NCBI GenBank assembly: GCA_964607765.1
Contig: CAZSNT010000035.1
Location: 1,103-65,102 of the forward strand
DNA from: an uncultured Victivallales bacterium
GTDB lineage: Bacteria; Verrucomicrobiota; Lentisphaeria; Oligosphaerales; JABHEG01
Direction: 5' to 3'
DNA: 64,000 bases
The notes under the pieces are model-generated. The model did no database searches. It saw only the letters and a program-made list of their open reading frames with translations, and had not been told where the DNA came from. Below, in pieces: positions 17,546 through 26,839 of the stretch. Numbering within the stretch: position 1 is the first letter of the stretch; each line of letters starts with the position of its first letter. Both the position numbers and the translations under genes were made by a program.

Positions 17546-20500
17546 ATGAAGACTAGAAGCATCCTCCACTCCTCTCTGATGGTTTGCGCATCTGTCGCAT
17601 GCTGCCGGACTGCCGGCGCGGCACACGTCACCTTCGAGCATGACGATGCCCTGGCGCACTGGCACGCTGACGAGGGCTCGTCGAGATTGCTCAGCACAGA
17701 CACCTCCCGGTCCGGGAAGCGCAGCTTGGCCTGGACCTGGGCGAAAGAGCGGAGCGTCTTGACCTGGACTTCGCCGGGAAAGGGCGTCTTCGCCCAGCCA
17801 GGATCGACGTTCACGCTGTTCGTGTACAACCTCACCCCGATTAAAGAGCAGAAGCTGCAGTTCGAGATCGGGACCGCTGAGGCGACCCAGGCCTCGTTTG
17901 ACTTCGGCCTGAACTACAAGGGCTGGCGGGTGCTGCACTTCCTGTACCATGACGACCTGCCCACGCGTCCTGACGCGTCCGCCGACACCTTGCGGATCAT
18001 CAGTCCGGCATCGGTCCCGGAAGGTCGCCTCTATTTCGACATCCTGGACACCGCCTCCCGGTACGGCAGTCAGCACGCCGGCGACTACCAGATGCCCTGG
18101 GTGGCCAACGTCGCTGCCGGCAAACGCGTCAACCATTGGGTCCGCAACTACCACAACGACCAGCTTCCCTATCCATTCGAGCCGTTCACCGCGGACGACG
18201 TCACCGCCGAGATGCAGGCGGCGCTGAAGAAACTGCGAGATCACTACCTGCTCCCCTTGAAGCCGCCTGCGGCAACCGGCATCTCCGAGGAGCAGTACCA
18301 GGGCGTCCTTCGCGACGTGGCGACCTTCGAGATCAAGCGCCGTGGTCCATTCATCACCGGGCGTCCGATCTGGCGGACCGCCAACGAGTTTCTGCACCTG
18401 GTCGAGGACCCGGTCATGGTGACGTCAAGAGGCCGGGGCCGCGGCGGAGTTGGGGTTGTAAACACGATGGGGCACGTGGCCTCGCTGTATTGCGCCGCCA
18501 AAGACCCCGAGCGGAAAGCTCACCTCAGGGAGATCTTCTTCCTGCTCTGCGACTACCTGGCAGAACAGGGGTGGTGCCACGGCAGTGCGGGCGTCCCTGA
18601 AGTCCACCACTTCAATGCCGGCCCGCTGGAAAGTCCCATTGTCCTGATGGAGGACGAGCTGAAAGCGACCGGACGCTACGAGAAACTGGTCAACACCTCC
18701 AAGTGGTACAAGCACTTCGGGCTGGCTCGCGACAGGGCCCCTCAGGGCAATGCGGACCAGTACGGCGGGAACTTGACGAATCTCTGTCGGCTGGCCGCCC
18801 TGTCAGGCGACCCGGTTACGCTGGCCAACGACTTCCGGACCATATCGAGATACGTGGGGGAATCCGTCTTCAGCGTGTCCGACGCCGACGGCTCTCTCTA
18901 CCACCACAACATGGTGCATCCCGGATACACCTATTCCGCGATCCAGAACCTGGCCGCGACCGTGAACAGCTTCTCCCACACCCCCTTCCGCGTTTCAGCC
19001 AAAGGCCATGCCCGCATCAAGAAGGTTGTCTCCGTCATGACGCGCACTGCCTGGCCGGCGACGCCGCGCAGTCTGGCGCATCGCTGCATCGGGGCGAGGC
19101 CTTTCATGGCGGAGCGGACGACCCTGCGCATGGCGCTGGCGGGGACGCCGGACGGCGCCCGGCGCATCGACCCCGACATGGCAGGCCTTTACTTGAGCGT
19201 GATGGCTGCCCAGGGCAAGGAAGACGAACACACGCGCGACTTCCGCCAGCGGGGGATCGCGCCGGTCCCGCTCACCGGTCACGAGCGCCTGGCCAACGCG
19301 GTCTTTTCCAGCCACCGGCGCGACGACTGGCAGGTCGCGATCGGCGGCATGAGCAAGTACTACTTCGGTAATGAGTTCTACGGATGGGGCTGGACCCGGC
19401 ATTGCCTGGCCCGCCATCTCAACACGGGGAATATCCAGGTACTCACCGAGCGGGAGCCGCAGCTCCCCACCGACGGCTGGGACCACAATCACTGGCCCGG
19501 GACGACCGCGCCACTCCTCTCAGAGGCGGAGCTCTACACCCATTGCGCCATGGTGCGGAACACCTCGGTGCTGGCCGGCAATTCGGCTTCCTCCCGCAAT
19601 GGTGTCTGGGGGATGGAATTGAGGCTTCCAGTGCAGCCGCCGGAGGCCGTGATCATCGACGACCCCAGAGTTCCCACGCTTGTGAGCAAGACGAACCCAA
19701 GGGGGTACAAGTCCGCGTTCTTCTTTGGTGAGCACATCATTCTCCTGGGCTCCGGCCTGTCCAGCGAGGTCGAGCAACGTCTGCACACCACGGTGTTGCA
19801 GAGCAGACTGTCGGACGGGGCCGAGCCCTTTGTGGTCAACGGCCAGGACCAGCTGTTTCCTTCGTCGCAGGCCCATGCGAACTCCGCGAAGTACCTGCTC
19901 GGCGACCGCCGCATTGCCTACTACATCCCCGAGGGGAACGACACGCTGGTGATCCGGCGCGGCGAGCAGGAGACGCTCTACTTTCTGCCCTCGGAGTACA
20001 AGCCCGGCAAGGACGCCTACATGCAGAAAGTGATCAGCAACAAGGGCGGACCGGATCGAAGCCAGTTCGACATCAAGGACTTCGAGGTGACGAAGGGGAA
20101 CTACAACCTGGCCTATTTCGACCATGGGAAGAATCCCCAGGGCGCCCGGTACGAGTTCGCCATGCTGATGAACGCCACAGCGGAGAGTGCGGCGGCATTC
20201 ACCGAGAATCCTGCCTACGAGGTGCTGCAGCATGACAACACGGCGCATGTCGTACGCCACAACTCGGGCGACACCGGGTACGCCATTTTCAAGGGCGATG
20301 CGCCGCTGAATGGCGGAGTCCGCAGCGCGAACCGTCCGCTGTTCATCTTGGACGAGAACGGGGGCGGAGTCCGCGCCCTGTATATCGCCTCCAGCGAACG
20401 GGACCGGCGCGACCCCATCGTCCTGGCGGTCGAGGGGACCTTCTCCCAGGTTGAGGGTGGCCGTATCCTGGCCGCGGATGGCGCTACGACGATGATCGAA

Positions 20501-20563
20501 ATTCCATTCGTGCACAGCGTGGTCATTCCTGTACGTCTGAACAAAGGAGAGACTGCCGAATGA
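17546..20563 (+). CDS. Chondroitinase-ABC-like lyase (PL8-type), paralog P2, secreted
   Basis: Signal peptide 'MKTRSILHSSLMVCASVACCRTAGA'. Motifs 'RSLAWTWAKE', 'FTLFVYNLTP', 'LNYKGWR', 'DGSLYHHNMVHPGY', 'DGWDHNHWPGTT', 'YKSAFFFGEHIILLGSGLSS' and 'FDHGKNPQGARYEFAML'. Confidence 0.8.
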   Translation: MKTRSILHSSLMVCASVACCRTAGAAHVTFEHDDALAHWHADEGSSRLLSTDTSRSGKRSLAWTWAKERSVLTWTSPGKGVFAQPGSTFTLFVYNLTPIKEQKLQFEIGTAEATQASFDFGLNYKGWRVLHFLYHDDLPTRPDASADTLRIISPASVPEGRLYFDILDTASRYGSQHAGDYQMPWVANVAAGKRVNHWVRNYHNDQLPYPFEPFTADDVTAEMQAALKKLRDHYLLPLKPPAATGISEEQYQGVLRDVATFEIKRRGPFITGRPIWRTANEFLHLVEDPVMVTSRGRGRGGVGVVNTMGHVASLYCAAKDPERKAHLREIFFLLCDYLAEQGWCHGSAGVPEVHHFNAGPLESPIVLMEDELKATGRYEKLVNTSKWYKHFGLARDRAPQGNADQYGGNLTNLCRLAALSGDPVTLANDFRTISRYVGESVFSVSDADGSLYHHNMVHPGYTYSAIQNLAATVNSFSHTPFRVSAKGHARIKKVVSVMTRTAWPATPRSLAHRCIGARPFMAERTTLRMALAGTPDGARRIDPDMAGLYLSVMAAQGKEDEHTRDFRQRGIAPVPLTGHERLANAVFSSHRRDDWQVAIGGMSKYYFGNEFYGWGWTRHCLARHLNTGNIQVLTEREPQLPTDGWDHNHWPGTTAPLLSEAELYTHCAMVRNTSVLAGNSASSRNGVWGMELRLPVQPPEAVIIDDPRVPTLVSKTNPRGYKSAFFFGEHIILLGSGLSSEVEQRLHTTVLQSRLSDGAEPFVVNGQDQLFPSSQAHANSAKYLLGDRRIAYYIPEGNDTLVIRRGEQETLYFLPSEYKPGKDAYMQKVISNKGGPDRSQFDIKDFEVTKGNYNLAYFDHGKNPQGARYEFAMLMNATAESAAAFTENPAYEVLQHDNTAHVVRHNSGDTGYAIFKGDAPLNGGVRSANRPLFILDENGGGVRALYIASSERDRRDPIVLAVEGTFSQVEGGRILAADGATTMIEIPFVHSVVIPVRLNKGETAE
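17633..20563 (+). repeat. Copy 1 of a tandem segmental duplication (partner 22176..25043)
   Basis: The nucleotide and protein sequences are nearly identical to the partner over roughly the first 1.8 kb, then diverge progressively. The offset is 4,543 nt. Confidence 0.85.
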
Positions 20564-22041
20564 GCGGACTAGCCGGACCAGTGTTTCCGAAGACGGTTGG
20601 GGCGGGCCCCGCGGCCAGTGAGGAGCAGCAGGTGAGAAATGTGGTGCTCGTGTACGTGGACGACCTCAGGCCGGAGATCAACTGCTATGGCAGGAGCAAA
20701 CTGATCACGCCGAACCTGGACAGGCTTGCGGCGCGGTCAATCGTCTTTGACAAGGCCTACTGCCAGATCCCCGTCTGTATGCCTTCGAGGGTCAGCACGC
20801 TCAGCGGAATGTACCCACGCAGCGTGAGGCAACACCGCTTGCGCAATCTCCTCCCGGAAGGGAACCCGTCGCTTCCCGGCCACTTCAAGGCAAATGGCTA
20901 CGACACGATCTCGATCGGGAAAGTCTATCATGCCAACGACGATGATCCGGAATCATGGACGAAACGGTACACGCACACGTTCCATGAGCAGGAGCTGGTC
21001 TGTCACGGGTACTGTTCCGGGTATCAGCTGAAAGAAAACCTGGACGGCAGGAGGCTCGCGAAGACCCGCCGCAACACGTCTGCACTCACCGAGTGTGTGG
21101 ACGCTCCAGACAGCGCCTACCCGGATGCAGAGTCGGCGGACAAGGCGGTTGCCGACATTGAGGCGTACAGCAAGTCGGACACCCCTCTCTTCCTCGCGGT
21201 AGGATTCTACCGCCCGCACCTTCCGTGGGCTGTGCCCAAGAAGTACTGGGACTTGTACAAGCGCGAAGAAATCGACCTGGCGCAGAGCCAGTTCCTCCCC
21301 AAAGGAGCCATCAGCCGCAACTGTTGGGGCGACTTGATGCACTACGGCGACGAAGTCGTGAACGCCGCAGACGCGCAACGTACAGACTTGGATGCGAAGA
21401 CCTTCCCTCTTCTGCCCGAGGACAAGCAGCGTGAGCTCGTTCACGGCTACTGGGCCTCTGTCAGCTTCCTCGACGCGCAGGTCGGGCGAGTGCTCGACGC
21501 TCTGGACGAGACGGGGATGGCCGACAACACGATGGTCGTTCTGGCCAGCGACAATGGCTGGCACTTGGGAGAACACTTGCTGTGGTCGAAATGCAGCAAC
21601 TACGAGGAGTCCGCGAGGGTCCCGTTGATGATCGCAGCGCCTGGAATCGCGGGCGGGAAGAAGACTGGGGCGGTGGCTGAGTTGGTGGACCTGTATCCAA
21701 CCCTGTGTGAGTTTGCAGGCCTGCCGCTGCCCGGTCATCTCGAGGGAGTCAGCATGATGCCGCTGCTGCAGGATCCGTCGCGAGAATGGCGGAAGGCGGC
21801 ATTTCACATCTGGGGCGGAGCACGTTCCATGCGGACGGAGAGATATCGCCTCACCGTCTACGACGAGCCGATGCCGGATGGCAACGGCTTCCAGTTGCCG
21901 GGCAACGGGCGCTATGAACTGTATGACTATGAAACCGACCCGGACGGCAATGTGAATATTGCTGAAGACCCGAAGAACAGGGCGTTGCTGAGTGAGCTCA
22001 TTGAGCAGATGGACGCCGGCTGGGAAGGAGCCCGACCATGA
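20560..22041 (+). CDS. S1 sulfatase, iduronate-2-sulfatase-like, Cys-type
   Basis: 'VVLVYVDDLRPEINCYGRSKLITPNLDRLA' and 'CMPSRVSTLSGMYPRS' resemble the DDLRP...CxPSR pattern of iduronate-2-sulfatase. ATGA overlaps at both ends. Confidence 0.88.
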   Translation: MSGLAGPVFPKTVGAGPAASEEQQVRNVVLVYVDDLRPEINCYGRSKLITPNLDRLAARSIVFDKAYCQIPVCMPSRVSTLSGMYPRSVRQHRLRNLLPEGNPSLPGHFKANGYDTISIGKVYHANDDDPESWTKRYTHTFHEQELVCHGYCSGYQLKENLDGRRLAKTRRNTSALTECVDAPDSAYPDAESADKAVADIEAYSKSDTPLFLAVGFYRPHLPWAVPKKYWDLYKREEIDLAQSQFLPKGAISRNCWGDLMHYGDEVVNAADAQRTDLDAKTFPLLPEDKQRELVHGYWASVSFLDAQVGRVLDALDETGMADNTMVVLASDNGWHLGEHLLWSKCSNYEESARVPLMIAAPGIAGGKKTGAVAELVDLYPTLCEFAGLPLPGHLEGVSMMPLLQDPSREWRKAAFHIWGGARSMRTERYRLTVYDEPMPDGNGFQLPGNGRYELYDYETDPDGNVNIAEDPKNRALLSELIEQMDAGWEGARP

Positions 22042-25000
22042 GACGACTGCACTGTTTTGCCTTGTTGGCCGTAGCCGTGTTGGCAGGTTGGCAGACCAGC
22101 GCCGAGGAGAGCGTTGGCCGCGGGAAGAAGGACGCGGCGCCGACCTTGCGGCCCGTGCGACCGGGACACGAGAGCTTCGAGCATGACGACGCGCTGGCGC
22201 ACTGGCACGCTGACGAGGGCTCGTCGAGAGAGCTCAGCGCGGACACCTCCCGGTCCGGGAAGCGCAGTCTGGCCTGGACCTGGACGAAAGAGCGGAGCGT
22301 CCTGACCTGGACCTCGCCGCAGAAGGGCGTCTTCGCCCAGCCAAGATCGACGTTCACGCTGTTCGTGTACAACCTCACCCCGATCAAGGAGCAGAAGCTG
22401 CAGTTCGAGATCGGGACCGCTGAGGCGACCCAGGCCTCATTTGACTTCGGCCTCAACTACAAGGGCTGGCGGGTGCTGCACTTCCTGTACCATGGCGACC
22501 TGCCCACGCGTCCCGACGCGTCCGCCGACACCTTGCGGATCATCAGCCCGGCATCGGTCCCGGAAGGTCGCCTCTATTTCGACATCCTGGATACCACCTC
22601 CCGCTACGGCAGTCAGCACGCCGGCGATTACCAGATGCCCTGGGTGGCCAACGTCGCTGCCGGCAAACGCGTCAACCATTGGGTCCGCAACTACCACAAC
22701 GACCAGCTTCCCTATCCATTCGAGCCGTTCACCGCGGACGACGTCACCGCCGAGATGCAGGCGGCGCTGAAGAAACTGCGAGATCACTACCTGCTCCCCT
22801 TGAAGCCGCCTGCGGCAACCGGCATCTCCGAGGAGCAGTACCAGGGCGTCCTTCGCGACGTGGCGACCTTCGAGATCAAGCGCCGTGGTCCATTCATCAC
22901 CGGGCGTCCGATCTGGCGGACCGCCAACGAGTTTCTGCACCTGGTCGAGGACCCGGTCATGGTGACGTCAAGAGGCCGGGGCCGCGGCGGAGTTGGGGTC
23001 GTGAACGCGATGGGGGATGTGGCCTCGCTGTATTGCGCCGCCAAAGACCCCGAGCGGAAAGCGCACCTCAAGGAGACCTTCTTTCTGCTCTGCGACTACC
23101 TGGCAGAACAGGGGTGGTGCCACGGCAGCGCGGGCGTCCCTGAGGTCCACCACTTCAATGCCGGCCCGCTGGAAAGCCCCATCGTCCTGATGGAGGACGA
23201 GCTGAAGGCGACCGGACGCTACGAGAAGCTGGTCAACACCTCCAAGTGGTACAAGCACTTCGGGCTGGCTCGCGACGAGGCCCCCCATGGCAATGCGGAC
23301 CAGTACGGCGCGAACTTGACGAATCTCTGTCGGCTGGCGGCTTTGTCAGGCGACCCGGTCACGCTGGCCAACGACTTCCGGACCATCTCAAGATACGTGG
23401 GGGAATCCATCTTCACCGTGTCCGACGCCGACGGCTCTCTTTATCACCACAGCATGGTGCATCCCGGATACACCTACTCCGCGATCCGGAACCTGGCCGC
23501 GACCGTGAACAGCTTCTCCCACACCCCCTTCCGCGTTGCAGCCAAAGGGCATGCCCGCATCAAGAAGATCGTCTCCGTCATGACGCGCACTGCCTGGCCG
23601 GCGACGCCGCGCAGTCTGGCGCACCGCTGCATCGGCATGAAGCCCTTCATGGCCGAACAGACGACCCTGCACATGGCGCTGGCGGGGACGCCGGACGGCG
23701 CCCGGCGCATCGACCCCGACATGGCGGGGCTTTACCTGACCGTGATGGCTGCCCAAGGCAAGGAAGACGAGCACACGCGCGATTTCCGCCAGCAGGGGAT
23801 CAAGCCGGTCCCGCTCACCGGCCACGATCGCCTGGCCAACGCGGTCTTCTCCAGCCATCGGCGCGACGGCTGGCAGGTCGCGGTCGGCGGCATGAACAAG
23901 TACTTCACCGGCAACGAGTTCTACGGATGGAACTGGAGCCGCCACTGCCTTGCCCGGCATCTCAACAAGGGCAGCATCCAGGTGCTGACCGAGAGGGAGC
24001 TCCAGGTCCCCACCGACGGCTGGGACCACAATCACTGGCCCGGGACGACCGCACCGGTTCTCCCGGAAGAGAAGCTCTACAGGCAGTACGGCGCGATGAA
24101 GAGCTACAGCACGCTTGGCGGCAATACAGCTTCAGCCCGGAACGGGGTCTGGGGGATGGAATTGGACTTCCGCGAGATACCCAGCTTGCGAGTCCGGGGC
24201 CGCAAGTCCGCATTCTTCTTCGGGGAGCATGTCATTTTTCTGGGCTCCGGCCTGTCGAGCGAAGATGGGCAAGGTCTTCATACCACGATCCTGCAAAACA
24301 GGCTGTCGGACGGGGGCGAGCCGTTTTTGGTCAGCGGCGTCGGGCAGGCGTTTCCTTCTGCGCAGACCTACCCGGATGGCGCGCGCTTCCTGCTCGGCGA
24401 TCGGCGCATCGCCTATTACATCCCGGCAGGAAACGACCCGTTGACGGTACAACGCGGCGAGCAGGAGACGCTGTACTTCCTGCCCTCGGAGTACAAGCCC
24501 GGCAAAGACGCCTACATGGAGAAAGTGATCCACAACAAGCGGGGACCGGATCGAAGCCAGTTCGACGTCGAGGATTTCAATGTCACCCGCGGCAACTACA
24601 ACCTGGCCTACTTCGACCACGGAGAAAACGTCCAGGGGGGCCGGTACGAATTTGCCATGCTCATGGACGCCACTGCGGAGAGCGCAGCGGCGTTTACCCG
24701 AAGTCCTGCCTACGAGGTCCTCCAGCACGATGACGCGGCGCATATCGTGCGGCATGACTGCGGCGACACAGGCTATGCGGTGTTTGAGGGCGGTGCGCCG
24801 CTCAATGGCGAAGTCCGCAACTCGAACCGTCCGGTGTTCATTCTGGACGAAGAGCGGGGCGACTCCCGCACCCTCTACATCGCCTCCAGCGAACGGGACC
24901 GCCCCGACCCCGTCGTCCTGGACATCGCGGGGACCTTTGCCGAGATCCGCGGCGGCAAGATTCTGTCCACCCATGGCGACACGACACGGATCGAGGCGCC

Positions 25001-25043
25001 CTTCGTACACAGCGTTGTCATCCGCGTGGGGCTCAGCCGATGA
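22038..25043 (+). CDS. Chondroitinase-ABC-like lyase (PL8-type), paralog P3, secreted; recent duplicate of P2
   Basis: Signal peptide 'MRRLHCFALLAVAVLAGWQTSA'. Same motifs as P2. The N-terminal ~600 aa are almost identical to P2. Confidence 0.8.
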   Translation: MRRLHCFALLAVAVLAGWQTSAEESVGRGKKDAAPTLRPVRPGHESFEHDDALAHWHADEGSSRELSADTSRSGKRSLAWTWTKERSVLTWTSPQKGVFAQPRSTFTLFVYNLTPIKEQKLQFEIGTAEATQASFDFGLNYKGWRVLHFLYHGDLPTRPDASADTLRIISPASVPEGRLYFDILDTTSRYGSQHAGDYQMPWVANVAAGKRVNHWVRNYHNDQLPYPFEPFTADDVTAEMQAALKKLRDHYLLPLKPPAATGISEEQYQGVLRDVATFEIKRRGPFITGRPIWRTANEFLHLVEDPVMVTSRGRGRGGVGVVNAMGDVASLYCAAKDPERKAHLKETFFLLCDYLAEQGWCHGSAGVPEVHHFNAGPLESPIVLMEDELKATGRYEKLVNTSKWYKHFGLARDEAPHGNADQYGANLTNLCRLAALSGDPVTLANDFRTISRYVGESIFTVSDADGSLYHHSMVHPGYTYSAIRNLAATVNSFSHTPFRVAAKGHARIKKIVSVMTRTAWPATPRSLAHRCIGMKPFMAEQTTLHMALAGTPDGARRIDPDMAGLYLTVMAAQGKEDEHTRDFRQQGIKPVPLTGHDRLANAVFSSHRRDGWQVAVGGMNKYFTGNEFYGWNWSRHCLARHLNKGSIQVLTERELQVPTDGWDHNHWPGTTAPVLPEEKLYRQYGAMKSYSTLGGNTASARNGVWGMELDFREIPSLRVRGRKSAFFFGEHVIFLGSGLSSEDGQGLHTTILQNRLSDGGEPFLVSGVGQAFPSAQTYPDGARFLLGDRRIAYYIPAGNDPLTVQRGEQETLYFLPSEYKPGKDAYMEKVIHNKRGPDRSQFDVEDFNVTRGNYNLAYFDHGENVQGGRYEFAMLMDATAESAAAFTRSPAYEVLQHDDAAHIVRHDCGDTGYAVFEGGAPLNGEVRNSNRPVFILDEERGDSRTLYIASSERDRPDPVVLDIAGTFAEIRGGKILSTHGDTTRIEAPFVHSVVIRVGLSR
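22176..25043 (+). repeat. Copy 2 of the tandem segmental duplication (partner 17633..20563)
   Basis: See the entry for 17633..20563. Confidence 0.85.
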
Positions 25044-26839
25044 CGACCCACACCACACCCGCCGACAGACTCGCCTGGTGGCGCGAGGCCCGTTTCGGCA
25101 TGTTCATCCACTGGGGACTGTATGCGATCCCCGCCGGCGAATGGAAGGGCAAACGCATCAAGGGCCTCGGGGTATGGCTCCAGAAACAGGCGCGCATTCC
25201 CCATCCTGAGTACGCAGAGCTCGCAGGGCAGTTCAACCCCGTGGACTTCGACGCCGACTTCATCGCCAAACTCGCACACGACGCAGGCATGCGCTATCTG
25301 GTCTTCACTGCCAAGCACCATGACGGCTTTGCCATGTACCACTCCCGCGTCGATCCCTTCAACATCACGGAGGCGTCCCCGTTCGGTCGCGACCCGACCG
25401 CCGAACTGGCCGCGGCCTGCCATCGACACGGGCTCACCTTTTGCCTGTACTACTCGCAGGATCTCGACTGGGCGCATCCCGACGGCGGCGGCAACGACTG
25501 GGACTACGCCCCGGAATCCAAGTCCTTCGAGACCTACTTCAGGGACAAGTGCCTCCCGCAGGTCGAGGAGCTTCTCACCCGCTACGGTCCCATCGGCTTG
25601 ATGTGGTTCGACATGGCAACCAACATCACCCGCGAACAGAGCATCCGCCTGAGAGACCTGGTCCACCAACTCCAGCCCGATTGTCTGGTCAGCGGTCGCG
25701 TCGGTCACGGTGTGGGCGACTACGGCTCGTTGGGCGACAACCAGTTGCCGTTGGGCACGCCCGAGGGCGACTGGGAAACCCCCGCCACCCTCAACGACTC
25801 CTGGGGCTTCAAGCACTACGACCACAACTGGCGCGCGCCCGACGCGATCGTCGGCGCCATTGTGGACACTGCCGAGAAGGGCGTCAACTACCTGCTCAAC
25901 ATCGGCCCCGACGACGCCGGCGCCGTACCGCCGCCCAGCGTGGACATCCTTCGTCGCACGGCGGACTGGATGATCGTCCACGGCGAAGCGATTCACGGCA
26001 CTGCCGCGAATCCCTGGAACTGCGAGTTCTCCTGGGGGCGCGTGACCGTCAAGGGCACGAGACTGTACCTGTTCTTCCGCGACTGGCCGGGCTCCGCGTT
26101 CGAGCTCCGGGGGCTGACCACCGAGGTCGCGAGCGCGGCTGTGTTGGGCGGCACTGCAATCGGCTGTCAGCAAAGAATGGTGGGCGACACGCCCGTCCTC
26201 AGCCTGACGTTGCCTGGCACAGCCCCTGCGAAGCCCATATCGGTCGTCAGGCTGACGTGCGCCGGCCCGCCCGCGGTCATCGCCGGTTGCTGCCAGCAGA
26301 GCGACGGAACGCTGACCTTGCCGCCGCAACTTGCCACGCCCCACCTGCACAGTGCGCCGATCTCGCGCGAGGCCGTCGGCCTGGGCGGCGCGCTCGCCGC
26401 CGCGGAAGCAGCCGAAGCACAGAACGAAGTCAGGGCCGGTCCGCGCATGGGCGTCGGGCCATCCGGGGTCGTCGAGAACTGGTACAGCGAGGACGACTAC
26501 CTCACCTGGACCTGCCACATCCTCCAGCCCGGAACCCACGAGGTGTCCTTGCAGACCATGGCGCGCAAGTACCAGCCGTGGGAAGGCGGTCACGACGTGG
26601 TGGTGGAACTGGCAGGGCAACGCATTGCCGCCAGCGTCCAGGACCACGCTCGCTTGCACACCTTGCGCAATCAGCACTTCGAGGAAGCGCTCTCGCGTCT
26701 GGGCACGCTGACGATCGACGCGGTCGGGACCTACGAGCTCACCCTGCGCGCCTCCCACATCAACCCGACCATCGACCACGGCCTCTGCGTCTCACGCCTG
26801 GCTCTGTGGTCCCTGGCGCCGACATCGGAGAGACCATGA
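25040..26839 (+). CDS. Alpha-L-fucosidase, GH29
   Basis: Motifs 'WWREARFGMFIHWGLYAIPAG', 'YLVFTAKHHDGFAMYHS' and 'YGPIGLMWFDM'. It is a paralog of 2584..4401. No signal peptide. ATGA overlaps at both ends. Confidence 0.9.
   Translation: MTTHTTPADRLAWWREARFGMFIHWGLYAIPAGEWKGKRIKGLGVWLQKQARIPHPEYAELAGQFNPVDFDADFIAKLAHDAGMRYLVFTAKHHDGFAMYHSRVDPFNITEASPFGRDPTAELAAACHRHGLTFCLYYSQDLDWAHPDGGGNDWDYAPESKSFETYFRDKCLPQVEELLTRYGPIGLMWFDMATNITREQSIRLRDLVHQLQPDCLVSGRVGHGVGDYGSLGDNQLPLGTPEGDWETPATLNDSWGFKHYDHNWRAPDAIVGAIVDTAEKGVNYLLNIGPDDAGAVPPPSVDILRRTADWMIVHGEAIHGTAANPWNCEFSWGRVTVKGTRLYLFFRDWPGSAFELRGLTTEVASAAVLGGTAIGCQQRMVGDTPVLSLTLPGTAPAKPISVVRLTCAGPPAVIAGCCQQSDGTLTLPPQLATPHLHSAPISREAVGLGGALAAAEAAEAQNEVRAGPRMGVGPSGVVENWYSEDDYLTWTCHILQPGTHEVSLQTMARKYQPWEGGHDVVVELAGQRIAASVQDHARLHTLRNQHFEEALSRLGTLTIDAVGTYELTLRASHINPTIDHGLCVSRLALWSLAPTSERP

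Noticed and set aside
25441-26835. The N-terminal 465 codons of the 1,218-aa ORF 25441..29097.
   Set aside because: This stretch is an Arg/Pro-rich alternative frame of the GH29 gene 25040..26839. The GH95-like similarity begins only at the ATGA-overlapping ATG 26836.
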